Positions 8,599-17,795 are shown, counted from the stretch's first letter. The stretch: 64,000 bases of DNA from Armatimonadota bacterium (GCA_026392115.1 JAPLCQ010000035.1:2914-66913), one strand, 5' to 3'. Notes: generated from the letters alone by a model not told the origin. Translations and numbers: made by a program.

Positions 8599-9494
8599 TG
8601 CCTCCCGTCTGCGCGCTCTCCGAGTGGATCGAGCGCTACCACGACCACCTCGTCTCCGAGCGCGGCATGAGCAGGAACACGGTGGCGGCGTACATGAGCG
8701 ACCTCAAGCAGTTCGGGGCGGGCCTTGCTGATCGAAGCGACGGCCCGCTGTTCGGAGCGCCCGAGATGCGGCTCCACATGGCCCGGCTCAGACGCGAGGG
8801 GCTCAAAGAGGCTTCGCTGGCCCGCAAACAGGCGGCGCTGCGCATGTTCGCGCGCTTTCTCTACGGCGAGGGCGCCCTCCTGAGTGATCCCAGCGACCTT
8901 GTGGAGAGCGGCCATGTCCGTCGCAAGCTGCCCGTGGTCCTCTCTCCATCGTCCGTGCGCCGACTGCTGCGAGCCGGGCAGACGGTGACGGCCGAGGGCT
9001 TGCGCGACCGCGCGCTACTGGAGTTGCTCTACTCGTCCGGGCTTCGCGTCAGCGAGGCCGCGGCGTTGCGCTGGCGCGATATCGACCCCCAGGCGCGGAC
9101 CGTGACGTGCCTCGGCAAGGGCGGCAAGGAGCGCGTGGTTCCCGTGGGCCGACATGCGCTGGCGTGGTTGGATGTCCACCTGGCCCGCCGGTCGCGCGGC
9201 GGCGCGGTGCGTCCCGCCGATCCGGTCTTTGCCGGCCGCGTGGGACGGCCGATGACGCGCTTCCGGGCGTGGCAGGTGGTGAAGGAGGCTTCCCGCGCCT
9301 CCGGTGTCGAGGCGACGCCGCACCGGTTCCGTCACTCCTTTGCCACTCACCTGCTGGCTGGCGGCGCCGACCTGCGGGCGATCCAGGAGATGCTGGGCCA
9401 CGCACGCGTCACCACCACTGAGATCTATACGCACGTCGAGACCTCGCGCCTGCGAGGCGTCTACGACGCGGCGCATCCGAGGGCGAAGCGATGA
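8598..9494 (+). CDS. Tyrosine recombinase, XerC/XerD family
   Basis: The ATG at 8598 overlaps the upstream TGA (TGATG). The catalytic signature is present: ...RLRVSEAAAL..., HRFRHSFATHLL, LGHARVTTTEIYTHV. No flanking repeats suggest a mobile element. Confidence 0.85.
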   Translation: MPPVCALSEWIERYHDHLVSERGMSRNTVAAYMSDLKQFGAGLADRSDGPLFGAPEMRLHMARLRREGLKEASLARKQAALRMFARFLYGEGALLSDPSDLVESGHVRRKLPVVLSPSSVRRLLRAGQTVTAEGLRDRALLELLYSSGLRVSEAAALRWRDIDPQARTVTCLGKGGKERVVPVGRHALAWLDVHLARRSRGGAVRPADPVFAGRVGRPMTRFRAWQVVKEASRASGVEATPHRFRHSFATHLLAGGADLRAIQEMLGHARVTTTEIYTHVETSRLRGVYDAAHPRAKR

Positions 9495-10654
9495 AGTGGT
9501 CGCGCGTTGCGGTGGTGGTACTCGATGGCGTGGGCTGCGGCGAACTGCCCGACGCGGCGGCGTACGGCGACGAGGGCAGCAGCACCCTGGCCAACATGGC
9601 GCTGGCCGTGGGCGGCCTCTCCGTGCCGTGCCTCACGTCGCTGGGGCTCGGATCCATACTGCCGATCGACGGCGCTCCGCCCGCCGCCCGTCCGCAAGCC
9701 GACTACGGACGCATGGCGGAGAGGTCGCCGGGCAAGGACTCGATCTCCGGCCACTGGGAACTCATGGGCGTCAGTCCGGTCGCCGCCATGCCGACGTACC
9801 CTCATGGCTTTCCGCGCGAGGTGCTGGACGCGCTGGCGCCGCTGGTCCCGGGCGGCTTCCTGGGCAACGAGGTCGCCTCCGGCACGGAGATCATCCAGCG
9901 CTTGGGCGAGTGCCATCTGCGAACCGGCAAGCCGATCCTCTACACTTCGGCGGACAGCGTCCTGCAGATCGCCGCGCATGAGGCCGTGCTGCCGTTGGCT
10001 GAGTTGCATGCCATCTGCGGGGCCGTGAGAGCCGTCCTGACGGGCCGTCACGCCGTTGGGCGGGTCATTGCGCGTCCGTTCGCAGGCGTGCCCGGCGCCT
10101 TCGCTCGGACGCGGGGACGGCGCGACTACCCCCTGTCGCCGCCGCCGAACCTGCTCGACGCGCTCGCGGCGGCGGGCGTTCGGGTGGGTGCGGTGGGTAA
10201 GATCGCCGAGTACTTCTCCGGCCGGGGTATCGCGACGTCGCACCCGGTGGAGGGGACCGTGGGCCAGATGGCGGCCTTGCGGCGCATGGTCGTCAACCCG
10301 ACGCTGGGTTTGGTCTTCGCCAACATCGAGGACTTCGACATGCTCTATGGCCACCGCAAAGACACGCCGGGCTTCGCCGCGCATCTGGCAGAGTTCGACG
10401 CCATGCTGTCCGATCTGCTGCCCGCTGTGCCGCCCGACCTCCTGCTCCTGCTCGTCAGCGACCACGGCAACGATCCTACGACACCCTCAACGGACCACAG
10501 CCGTGAGCACGCCCTCCTGCTCGCCTACCCCGGAACGGGCAGGGACCTGGGCGTCCGGGCCACGTTCGCGGATGTTGCCGCCACCGTGGCCGAGACGCTG
10601 GGTGTGACCTGGGATCAGGGCGTCAGCCGGTCGTTCCGTGCCCCTTGCCCGTGA
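9491..10654 (+). CDS. deoB: Phosphopentomutase
   Basis: VVVLDGVGCGELPDAAAYGDEGSSTL and SDHGNDPT metal-site motifs are present. ATGA overlap with the recombinase gene. Confidence 0.85.
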   Translation: MKWSRVAVVVLDGVGCGELPDAAAYGDEGSSTLANMALAVGGLSVPCLTSLGLGSILPIDGAPPAARPQADYGRMAERSPGKDSISGHWELMGVSPVAAMPTYPHGFPREVLDALAPLVPGGFLGNEVASGTEIIQRLGECHLRTGKPILYTSADSVLQIAAHEAVLPLAELHAICGAVRAVLTGRHAVGRVIARPFAGVPGAFARTRGRRDYPLSPPPNLLDALAAAGVRVGAVGKIAEYFSGRGIATSHPVEGTVGQMAALRRMVVNPTLGLVFANIEDFDMLYGHRKDTPGFAAHLAEFDAMLSDLLPAVPPDLLLLLVSDHGNDPTTPSTDHSREHALLLAYPGTGRDLGVRATFADVAATVAETLGVTWDQGVSRSFRAPCP

Positions 10655-11492
10655 TGTAGTTGTATTCGGATCCGAAGATGCTGTGCGGCACCAGGAAGAT
10701 GGCCAGCGTGGCCACCCCCGCGACGACCACCGACCAGCGGTCGCGCCGTTCGCCCCGGTTCCGCCAGATGGCCACGAGCCAGAACGCCAGCTCCACCACG
10801 ACCTTGTTGTCGGTCCAGTCGTAGCCGTAGGGGAAGCCCGACCAGAGCACGCCGAAGGCATACCACTGCACGATCGGCCCCAGCACGAAGCCGCCCACCA
10901 GCAGCAGCGCCAGCGTCCAGCGTAGCAGGGCCTTCAGCGAACCGCCGCCCAGCGCGGCCAGCGCCGTGCGCACGGCCACCAGCAGAGAGGCGAAGATGGC
11001 GAGGATGTGCAGGCCCAGCACCGGCCCAGGCACGGGCGCCTTGTACCGGGCGTAGATCGGCTTGGAGCCCGTGGCTGAGACCGTTGCTCCGCCCCCTGTC
11101 ACGTCCACGAAGTACTCGTACTTCCCGGCGCGCTCGCGCAGGCTGGGCAGTTCGACGCCCAGTCCCCGGATCACCCGCTTCCGGCCCCGGCGCGTCATGG
11201 TGAACTCGCCGCGCCGCATGTCAACCGTGGTCCAGCCGTCGTTGGACTTTAGGCGCCGATAGCGCACCCGCGCCGATACTCCCGATGGTACGGGGTCAAC
11301 CAGCATCACCTGTAGCGGCGTGCCGATGGTTTCGCTCCGCAGGAAGAGGCCGTGCGCCGGCCCCGCGGCCGTCGTCACCGTGACCTCCAACGGGTAGGTG
11401 GGGCCTGTCTTGTCCTGATAGGCCATCGTGCCGAGAGTGAGCATCGCTGCCGCGACCCAGGGCAGGGCGCGGCGCGGGAGCGAGGGTCCCAT
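10623..11492 (-). CDS. Hypothetical membrane protein (N-terminal anchor, beta-rich domain, C-terminal multi-TM region)
   Basis: The ATG at 11492 gives MGPSLPRRALPWVAAAMLTLGTMA. There are four C-terminal hydrophobic helices. No recognisable family. Confidence 0.6.
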   Translation of the reverse strand: MGPSLPRRALPWVAAAMLTLGTMAYQDKTGPTYPLEVTVTTAAGPAHGLFLRSETIGTPLQVMLVDPVPSGVSARVRYRRLKSNDGWTTVDMRRGEFTMTRRGRKRVIRGLGVELPSLRERAGKYEYFVDVTGGGATVSATGSKPIYARYKAPVPGPVLGLHILAIFASLLVAVRTALAALGGGSLKALLRWTLALLLVGGFVLGPIVQWYAFGVLWSGFPYGYDWTDNKVVVELAFWLVAIWRNRGERRDRWSVVVAGVATLAIFLVPHSIFGSEYNYITGKGHGTTG

Positions 11493-11556
11493 GGTTACGA
11501 TTCCTTGGCGCCCCGAACCGGCGGGCGTGCGCGCATCATACCCGCCCGACGGGCCG

Positions 11557-12285
11557 ATGGGGTACAGTAGCGCAACCGTGGCGACCAGCACAGATACCGG
11601 CGTCTATTCCGTCCGCATCACGGACCTGCCCGCTCAGGACAGGCCGCGCGAGCGTCTCCGGGACAAGGGCGCCAACAGCCTCTCCAATGCCGAGCTACTG
11701 GCCATCCTGCTTCGGACCGGGTCCAGGGGGCGCAGCGCGCTGCATGTGGCGCAGACGCTGCTGGAGAACCGGGACCTTCACGGCCTGGTACGGGCGAGTT
11801 TGACCGACCTGAAGCGAGCGCCCGGAGTGGGCGAAGTGAAGGCGATCCAGATTGCCGCCGCCATCGAACTCGGCAAGCGCATCGCCGCCCTGACTCCGGA
11901 GGCCCGGCCGGCGGTGAACGCGCCTGAGGACGCCGTGAACCTGCTGATGCCCGATATGCGCTTCCTCGCGGTGGAGGAGTTCCGCATGGTCATGCTGGAC
12001 AGCCGCAACAACGTGCTGGGCGTGGAGCGCGTCTCCACCGGCACGGCCGACAGCAGCATGGCGCACCCGCGTGACGTCTTCCGGCCCGCCATCGCGGCCA
12101 ACGCCGTGGCGGTCATCGTGGCGCACAACCACCCCGGCGGAAGCGCCGATCCCAGCGCCGAGGACCGATCCGTGACGCGGCGCCTGACCGACGCCGGAGC
12201 GCTGATCGGCATCGACGTTCTCGACCACATCATCATAGGAGATGGGCGATGGACCAGCATGAAACGCATCAAGGCCATGGGCTGA
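11557..12285 (+). CDS. radC: RadC-family JAMM protein
   Basis: Contains ERPRERL...LSNAELLAILLRTG, an HhH motif (GVGEVKAIQIAAAIELGKR) and the JAMM motif HNHPGGSADPSAED. Confidence 0.8.
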   Translation: MGYSSATVATSTDTGVYSVRITDLPAQDRPRERLRDKGANSLSNAELLAILLRTGSRGRSALHVAQTLLENRDLHGLVRASLTDLKRAPGVGEVKAIQIAAAIELGKRIAALTPEARPAVNAPEDAVNLLMPDMRFLAVEEFRMVMLDSRNNVLGVERVSTGTADSSMAHPRDVFRPAIAANAVAVIVAHNHPGGSADPSAEDRSVTRRLTDAGALIGIDVLDHIIIGDGRWTSMKRIKAMG

Positions 12286-12914
12286 TCGCCCTGGACGCCA
12301 TCGCCGCCCAGTTGCGCGAGGCGTTGGACAGGAAGAACGCCGCCCGCGAAGCCGCCCTGAGGCTTTGCCGCGAGACGATCCGCATCTCGTCGCGTGCCAT
12401 CCGGGCCGTCCATCGCCTTGAGTTCGAGGCCGCCCGGGGCCTGATCGACGAAGCCCGCGCCACCGTGGAGCGAGCCAAGGAGGCCCTGGACCAGCACCCG
12501 GACCTCTTCTTCGCGGGCTACGTGCACGACTCGCAGAAGGAGTACGTGGAGGCCGAGGCCGTCTATGCCATGGTGCGCAACATGCCCCTGCCCGATCCGA
12601 CCGTCCTGGGCGTGGAGCCGGCAGCCTACCTGAACGGCCTCGCCGAAGCCGGTTCCGAGTGCCGCCGGTTTGTGTTGGATCGCCTGCGTGAGGGGAGCAC
12701 CGAGGGCGCCGACGCCGTCATGCGCGCCATGGACGATATCTACTATGAACTCGTGACCTTCGACTATCCCGACGCGATCACCGGTGGCCTCCGCCGCACG
12801 ACGGACGCCTTCCGAGCCGTGTTGGAGCGTACGCGCGGCGATCTGACGCTCACCGTGCAGAACAACGCGCTCCGCGAAGCGCTCCGCCAGGCGGCCGAGG
12901 CGAAGGGCGGCTAG
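12249..12914 (+). CDS. Translin/TRAX-like protein
   Basis: All-helical, with SQKEYVEAEA and YLNGLAEAGSECRRFVL blocks that match my recollection of TRAX (QEYVEA; YLLG..D..GEL.R), plus a C-terminal LRRTTDAFRAVLERTRGDL. Confidence 0.6.
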   Translation: MDQHETHQGHGLIALDAIAAQLREALDRKNAAREAALRLCRETIRISSRAIRAVHRLEFEAARGLIDEARATVERAKEALDQHPDLFFAGYVHDSQKEYVEAEAVYAMVRNMPLPDPTVLGVEPAAYLNGLAEAGSECRRFVLDRLREGSTEGADAVMRAMDDIYYELVTFDYPDAITGGLRRTTDAFRAVLERTRGDLTLTVQNNALREALRQAAEAKGG

Positions 12915-13621
12915 TGGCCGACCCATCGCGTCGCCCGAAGCTGTCCGTCCTCATGCCGCTCTACAACGAGGCGGCGACACTTCCCCTGCTCCTTCGGCGG
13001 GTGTCGGCCGTGCCCGTTGAGATGCAGATCGTCATGGTCGACGATGCGTCCACCGACGGCACGCGCGACGTGTTGGCCGCCGAGGCCGCGGCGCGGGGCG
13101 ACGCCGTCACGGTGGTGTTGCTGCCGGCCAACGGCGGAAAGGGCGCTGCCATCCGGGCAGGGCTACCGCATGCTCTGGGCGAGTACGTCATCATCCAGGA
13201 CGGCGACCTGGAGTACGATCCGGCAGACTACGTGAAGCTCCTGGCCACAGCCGAAGAGACCGGCGCACCCGTCGTCTACGGCACCCGCTTCAGCCGGGGC
13301 TGGCCCGCCATGCGGCTGCCGAACAAGGTGGTGAACTGGCTGCTGGCCGCCATGGTTCGCGGGCTCTACGGCGCCAGGCTGACGGACGAGGCCACCTGCT
13401 ACAAGCTCTTTCGGCGCGAGGTGCTCATATCGCTGCCGCTGGTGTGCCGCCGCTTCGAGTTCTGCCCGGAGGTGACGGCCAAGGCCTTGCGCCGCGGCCA
13501 CCGCATCGTCGAGGCGCCCATCAGCTACCAGGCGCGAGGGTTCGCCGAGGGTAAGAAGATACGCTGGACCGACGGCGTGCAGGCTATCTGGACACTGCTC
13601 CGGTACCGATTCTGGCGCTGA
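12914..13621 (+). CDS. Family 2 glycosyltransferase (polyprenol-phosphate sugar synthase-like)
   Basis: Contains LSVLMPLYNEA, VDDASTDGT, the DxD motif in IIQDGDLEYDP, and a C-terminal basic tail. The GTG start overlaps the upstream TAG. Confidence 0.8.
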   Translation: MADPSRRPKLSVLMPLYNEAATLPLLLRRVSAVPVEMQIVMVDDASTDGTRDVLAAEAAARGDAVTVVLLPANGGKGAAIRAGLPHALGEYVIIQDGDLEYDPADYVKLLATAEETGAPVVYGTRFSRGWPAMRLPNKVVNWLLAAMVRGLYGARLTDEATCYKLFRREVLISLPLVCRRFEFCPEVTAKALRRGHRIVEAPISYQARGFAEGKKIRWTDGVQAIWTLLRYRFWR

Positions 13622-13641
13622 GCGCCACAGGGAGACGAGAT

Positions 13642-13851
13642 ATGGCATCGCAGACGTACACCTGCCCGGCCATCCACTGCGAGGGCTGTGCGGGTTCCAT
13701 CAGCCGCTCGCTGGGCAAGCTGCGCGGCGTGACTGCCGTGGAGGTGACCGTGTCGACGAAGGCCGTCACCGTGCAGTATGACGAGGCCGCCACCGACGGT
13801 GCGGCCATCACCGCACGGCTTGAGGCGGCGGGATTCCCGGCGGAACCGTGA
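13642..13851 (+). CDS. Heavy-metal-associated (HMA) domain protein, CopZ-like
   Basis: 69 aa with a CxxC motif (HCEGCAGSI) and a beta-alpha-beta-beta-alpha-beta pattern. Confidence 0.75.
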   Translation: MASQTYTCPAIHCEGCAGSISRSLGKLRGVTAVEVTVSTKAVTVQYDEAATDGAAITARLEAAGFPAEP

Positions 13852-14780
13852 TGGCAGCCGGCATCGTGCCGCCGCGCCTGCGCCACGGCGACACCATCGC
13901 GGTCGTGTCGCCCTCCAGCGCGGTCCGGACCAGGCGCTTCGCCGCGGGCGTCCGCGCCATCGAGGCCAGAGGGTACCGCGTGCGCGTCTATCCGCACGCC
14001 CACGACTGTCTCGGGTACCTTGCCGGCGATGATGAGGCCCGCGCCCGCGACCTGCAGGCGGCGCTCACCGATCCGGGCATCGCCATGGTCCTCTGCAGCA
14101 GGGGCGGCTACGGCGCGTGCCGCCTTCTCGACCGCATCGACTGGGAGGCGGTGGCCGCCGCACCGCGCCTCTTCTCGGGGTACAGCGACATCACCTCGCT
14201 TCACCTCGCCTTCGCCGCGCGGACCCGCGTGCCGACGCTCCACGGCCTCATGGCCGCGAGCCTGGGGGACAAGCTCGCTCCTGAGCCGCTTGCCTGCTTC
14301 TGGGCCATGGTGGAGGGCTTCGAGCCGCCCTACCTCATGCCGTCGGCTGGGGCGGCCGTGCGCACGGTGACGCCCGGGGTAGCCGAGGGTCGGCTGGCTG
14401 GAGGCTGCATCACGATCCTCACGGCGGCGCTGGGGTGCTGGGAGGCGCCCGACCTGACCGGCAAGATGGTCATTCTGGAGGATGTCGGCGAGCCGGTCTA
14501 CCGCATGGACCGTTACGTCACGCAACTCATCCGCGGCGCCGGACTGGGACGCGCCGCGGGTATCGTCATCGGCAACGCCACGGGCTGGCAGCGGCTCTCG
14601 CGGAAAGGCCCCACGCTGGACGAACTATGGGACGAGATCATAGCGCCGTTGGGGGTCCCTGCCGTGGCGGGCTTCCCAATGGGCCACGAGCCGCAGCCGC
14701 TCACCTTCCCGCTCGGCTGCATGGCGCGGCTCGACGCCTGTGCGGGCACGCTTACGCTGCTGGAGTCGCCCGTTTCGTGA
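13848..14780 (+). CDS. ldcA: LD-carboxypeptidase (peptidase S66)
   Basis: Contains IAVVSPSS, YLAGDDEARARDL, RGGYGA and the nucleophile motif GYSDITSLH. The start is either GTG 13848 or ATG 13851; both overlap the upstream stop. Confidence 0.8.
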   Translation: MMAAGIVPPRLRHGDTIAVVSPSSAVRTRRFAAGVRAIEARGYRVRVYPHAHDCLGYLAGDDEARARDLQAALTDPGIAMVLCSRGGYGACRLLDRIDWEAVAAAPRLFSGYSDITSLHLAFAARTRVPTLHGLMAASLGDKLAPEPLACFWAMVEGFEPPYLMPSAGAAVRTVTPGVAEGRLAGGCITILTAALGCWEAPDLTGKMVILEDVGEPVYRMDRYVTQLIRGAGLGRAAGIVIGNATGWQRLSRKGPTLDELWDEIIAPLGVPAVAGFPMGHEPQPLTFPLGCMARLDACAGTLTLLESPVS

Positions 14781-16188
14781 TCCGGCCTTCCGCCAGGCCG
14801 AACGCCCAGGGGAGGGCGCCTGCCACCAGCCCGGGGTACATGGGCTGGATGCCGAAGGGGAAGATGGAGCTATCGGCGACGTCGGCGCCCGCGCCCTTCG
14901 CCGCCCATCCCACAGCCAGGCAGGCCGCCGACGTGAGCGAGCCACAGAGCATGGATGCCACCGCCCAGCGAGGCGGCAGGGCATCGATGCGCCAGTAGGC
15001 CGTCAGCAGCGAGAATGACATCCCCGGCACGAAGACCGTGCCGATGGCCCACCATTGCCGGACGACCGACGGAAGCCAGAGGCTGATCGCAATCGCCACG
15101 CCGCACGTCGCGATAAAGCCCAGGCGGGCATAGCCGGGGACGTTCTCCGTGGAGGTCTCGCCGCGGGCGCGCCAGATCATGTCGCGCCCCACCGTCATGG
15201 CGCCCAGGAACGTGTACGACACTACCGTGGACATGACTGTGGCCAGCATCGCCACGTAGAAGAGCCCCCGCACCCCTCCCGGCAGGAGGCGCTGGGCCAG
15301 CATGGGGAACGCGAGCCCCGCACCCTTGTCGCCCAGGTCCGGCATGGCGGCGCGGGCGTAGAGGCCTGTCATCGTCGTGAGCGTGTCAAAGAGCAGCCAG
15401 CATCCCACGGCCGCCAGCACGCCCCACTTGGCCACTCCCGGCGACCGGGCGGCGTAGCAGCGCTGGTGGAAGCCGGGGTCGATGAGCGTCCAAAGCGCGA
15501 TACAGAACCAGACGGCGATGTAGCCCGCGCCCAGCCCGCCGTCCAGCGACAGGTGCCCCGGAGGCAGCGTGCGGCTCAGCCAGGGCAGGTCGCCCGTGCG
15601 CGCCATGAGTACGGGCAGCGCCACGCCGAAGCCGAGGAACATCAGGCAGAACTGGTAGATGTTGATCCGGACGTCGGACTGAAAGCCGCCCACGTAGACG
15701 TAGCACGTCGATGCTATGGTGCCGGCCAGCACGGCCCATACCAGCGGCATGCCCGTGGCCACCGTGATGAGCTGCCCCACCATGAGGATGTAGGGTGCCG
15801 GCGTGGACATGAAGAACGTGAAGACCGAGCCCACCAGCGCCGCGGGCCTCCCGTAGGCCTCGTTCAGCTTGTCTGGGATGGTGTAGTGCGCCGCTTTGCG
15901 CACGCGGGCAGCAAGCACGAGCCCGAAGACGATGGCGAAGAGGTAGTAGGGCAGCCCCTGCGTGGTCCAGTTCACCAGGCCGTACCGATAGGTGAACTCG
16001 CCCACGCCGAGGATGCCGCCGTACCAGGTAGCCACCAGCGTGGCGACGAAGACGGGCAAGCCCAGTGCGCGGTCACCGATGAGGAACTGCTCGGCGGTCT
16101 GTCGCCGCCTCCAGAACCCCACGGCCAGCGTGAAGACCATGTAGGCCGCGAGGATGGCGATGTCGGCCGGCTCGAACCGCGCCCTCAT
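14752..16188 (-). CDS. Sodium:solute symporter family transporter (candidate thiamine/precursor importer, ThiV-like)
   Basis: The ATG at 16188 overlaps the thiN stop (ATGA). It has 12-13 TM helices and an SSS-type N-terminus (FLIGDRALGLPVFVATLVATWYGG). It is the last gene of the TPP-riboswitch operon. Confidence 0.85.
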   Translation of the reverse strand: MRARFEPADIAILAAYMVFTLAVGFWRRRQTAEQFLIGDRALGLPVFVATLVATWYGGILGVGEFTYRYGLVNWTTQGLPYYLFAIVFGLVLAARVRKAAHYTIPDKLNEAYGRPAALVGSVFTFFMSTPAPYILMVGQLITVATGMPLVWAVLAGTIASTCYVYVGGFQSDVRINIYQFCLMFLGFGVALPVLMARTGDLPWLSRTLPPGHLSLDGGLGAGYIAVWFCIALWTLIDPGFHQRCYAARSPGVAKWGVLAAVGCWLLFDTLTTMTGLYARAAMPDLGDKGAGLAFPMLAQRLLPGGVRGLFYVAMLATVMSTVVSYTFLGAMTVGRDMIWRARGETSTENVPGYARLGFIATCGVAIAISLWLPSVVRQWWAIGTVFVPGMSFSLLTAYWRIDALPPRWAVASMLCGSLTSAACLAVGWAAKGAGADVADSSIFPFGIQPMYPGLVAGALPWAFGLAEGRITKRATPAA

Positions 16189-16838
16189 ATCTGTGGCCCG
16201 TCGACTGCGAAGTGCGTCACCAGCACGACGCCCTGCTCCACCGTGACTTCGGCCGCGGCTTCGGTCATCACGTTGCTCACGCCGCGCGAGCCCGGCAACA
16301 GCGTCTCGGCTTGCAGCGGCCACTGCACGCCTCTCAGGCCCACGCCCCGGGCAGGCGCCATGGCCGTCAGCGAGAGCCGGTCGCCGGGCGATCCGGACAC
16401 CGTCATGCGGCTTGAGCAAGCCCGGGTGACCGAGCCGCCGCTCACCACGCGCAGGTCGGCCTCCAGGTGGAGCGCGAGTAGGATCGAGACGGTTGTGATG
16501 GTGTGGTCGAACCTACGACCGGTGGCCCCCACGACCGTGATGGCTGTGGCGCCCCGCGCCAGGCACCAGCGAACCGCCTTCTCCAGATCGCACGCCTCCT
16601 GGTCGGGGGTGGGTTCCACGGCGCCCTCCGGCAGCGACGCGAGCGCATCCGGCGACGCCGAGTCCATGTCGCCCAGGACGCGGTCGGGCGCCTGGCCCAT
16701 CCGGAGCATCCAGTCCGCGGCCCCATCCGTGGCGATGCAGAGGTCGTGGGCCGCACGCAGCCGCGCCAGGGAGGCGTCCGATGGCGGCTCGCCGTTGGCG
16801 CAGATGAGGACGCGGGCGGCCGTGCAAGACCGGCTCAC
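16185..16838 (-). CDS. thiN: Thiamine pyrophosphokinase
   Basis: Contains ICANGE, ATDGAA, GDMDS, PDQEACDLEKA and a C-terminal thiamine-binding beta domain. The GTG start lies 1 nt after the upstream stop. Confidence 0.85.
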   Translation of the reverse strand: MSRSCTAARVLICANGEPPSDASLARLRAAHDLCIATDGAADWMLRMGQAPDRVLGDMDSASPDALASLPEGAVEPTPDQEACDLEKAVRWCLARGATAITVVGATGRRFDHTITTVSILLALHLEADLRVVSGGSVTRACSSRMTVSGSPGDRLSLTAMAPARGVGLRGVQWPLQAETLLPGSRGVSNVMTEAAAEVTVEQGVVLVTHFAVDGPQI

Positions 16839-16839
16839 G

Positions 16840-17580
16840 CTAGTCGCAGCCCCAGTAGTACATCGATCCTGTTGCGGGGTTGATGTCGCCGCTCCGTCCG
16901 CCCGATGCGCAGACGACCTGCTGGTCGAAGGCGCCGGCGCTGACGGTGAACTTGGCGTGGCCGTCGATGAAGATCGCCGAGCCTCCCCGAGGGTGCCACT
17001 GCCGGTAGTAGTCCGGCGAGTAGCCGTAGCGCGGGTCGGTGAAGAAGGCCATCATGTCGTCCCGCATCATGCGCGTCTCGGCCGGCGCGACGAAGGAGGC
17101 GTCGGCCACAAGGTCGCTGCCGGCGTAGGGCTCATTGTTCTGGCTCGACTCGCCGGCCACGGTGCTGAAGCTGCCGTGGCAGAACCGGTAGCTGGACCCG
17201 TAGCATGCGTGGTAGGAGGCCAGTCCGGGGCAGCCGTAGGTGGCGTCGGCCACGGCGGGCCCGCCTGCGTCGTCCGGGCACCGGAAGATCTGACGGTTCC
17301 TGCCGTATGGGAGGATGAGCTCTTCCACGCCCTTGTGGCCGGGCCTGCCGGACGCCGGGTTGCTGTTGTAGGCGTAGAAGATGGGCATCGTCTCGTCGTA
17401 GTCCTGCACGTACATCCGCACCTGCAGTCCCACCTGCCGGCTGTTGGAGGTGCAACTGGTCTCCCGGGCGTTCTCGCGCGCCTGGGCGAAGACGGGGAAG
17501 AGGATCGCCGCCAGGATCGCGATGATCGCGATGACGACGAGAAACTCGATGAGCGTGAATGCGTTCGGCTTGTGTGACAT
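16840..17580 (-). CDS. Prepilin-type N-terminal cleavage/methylation domain protein with a C-terminal H-X9-DG motif (pseudopilin-like, DUF1559-type)
   Basis: GAGGAGG precedes the ATG at 17580. The leader is MSHKPNA-FTLIEFLVVIAIIAILAAILFPVF, and the C-terminal motif is WHPRGGSAIFIDGH (H-X9-DG). Confidence 0.85.
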   Translation of the reverse strand: MSHKPNAFTLIEFLVVIAIIAILAAILFPVFAQARENARETSCTSNSRQVGLQVRMYVQDYDETMPIFYAYNSNPASGRPGHKGVEELILPYGRNRQIFRCPDDAGGPAVADATYGCPGLASYHACYGSSYRFCHGSFSTVAGESSQNNEPYAGSDLVADASFVAPAETRMMRDDMMAFFTDPRYGYSPDYYRQWHPRGGSAIFIDGHAKFTVSAGAFDQQVVCASGGRSGDINPATGSMYYWGCD

Positions 17581-17634
17581 TCCTTGTGCCTCCTCAGGAA
17601 GAGGCGGGTCCTCTGTTGGTCGTCGGACGCATGG

Positions 17635-17685
17635 CGCAAGAAAGGCACCGCGCACCGGCAACCTCCCGGAAAAGCGCGGCGCCTT
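17635..17685 (-). terminator. Terminator-type expression platform of the TPP riboswitch
   Basis: In the RNA, AAGGCGCCGCGC (17685-17674) pairs with GCGCGGUGCCUU (17653-17642), giving 12 bp with one G-U. An inner CCGG/CCGG helix is present, followed by UCUUGC. Confidence 0.55.
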
Positions 17686-17697
17686 CCGACGCCTCAG

Positions 17698-17795
17698 TAT
17701 CGCTTCCCTCCGTCGGGATTACCCGCATCAGGTTCCAGGAGTTCCTCGTTTGGCACGAGGTCTCAGCCGGCCCATACCGGCACCCCCAGCGTTCA
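17698..17795 (-). promoter_or_regulatory. TPP riboswitch (THI element)
   Basis: The minus strand reads CGCUGGGGGUGCC GGUAUGGGCC GGCUGAGA CCUCGUGCCAAACGAGG AACUCCUGGA ACCUGAUGCGGGUAAUCCCGACG GAGGGAAGCG. All conserved THI-box blocks are present, with P1 CGCU/AGCG. Confidence 0.9.
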
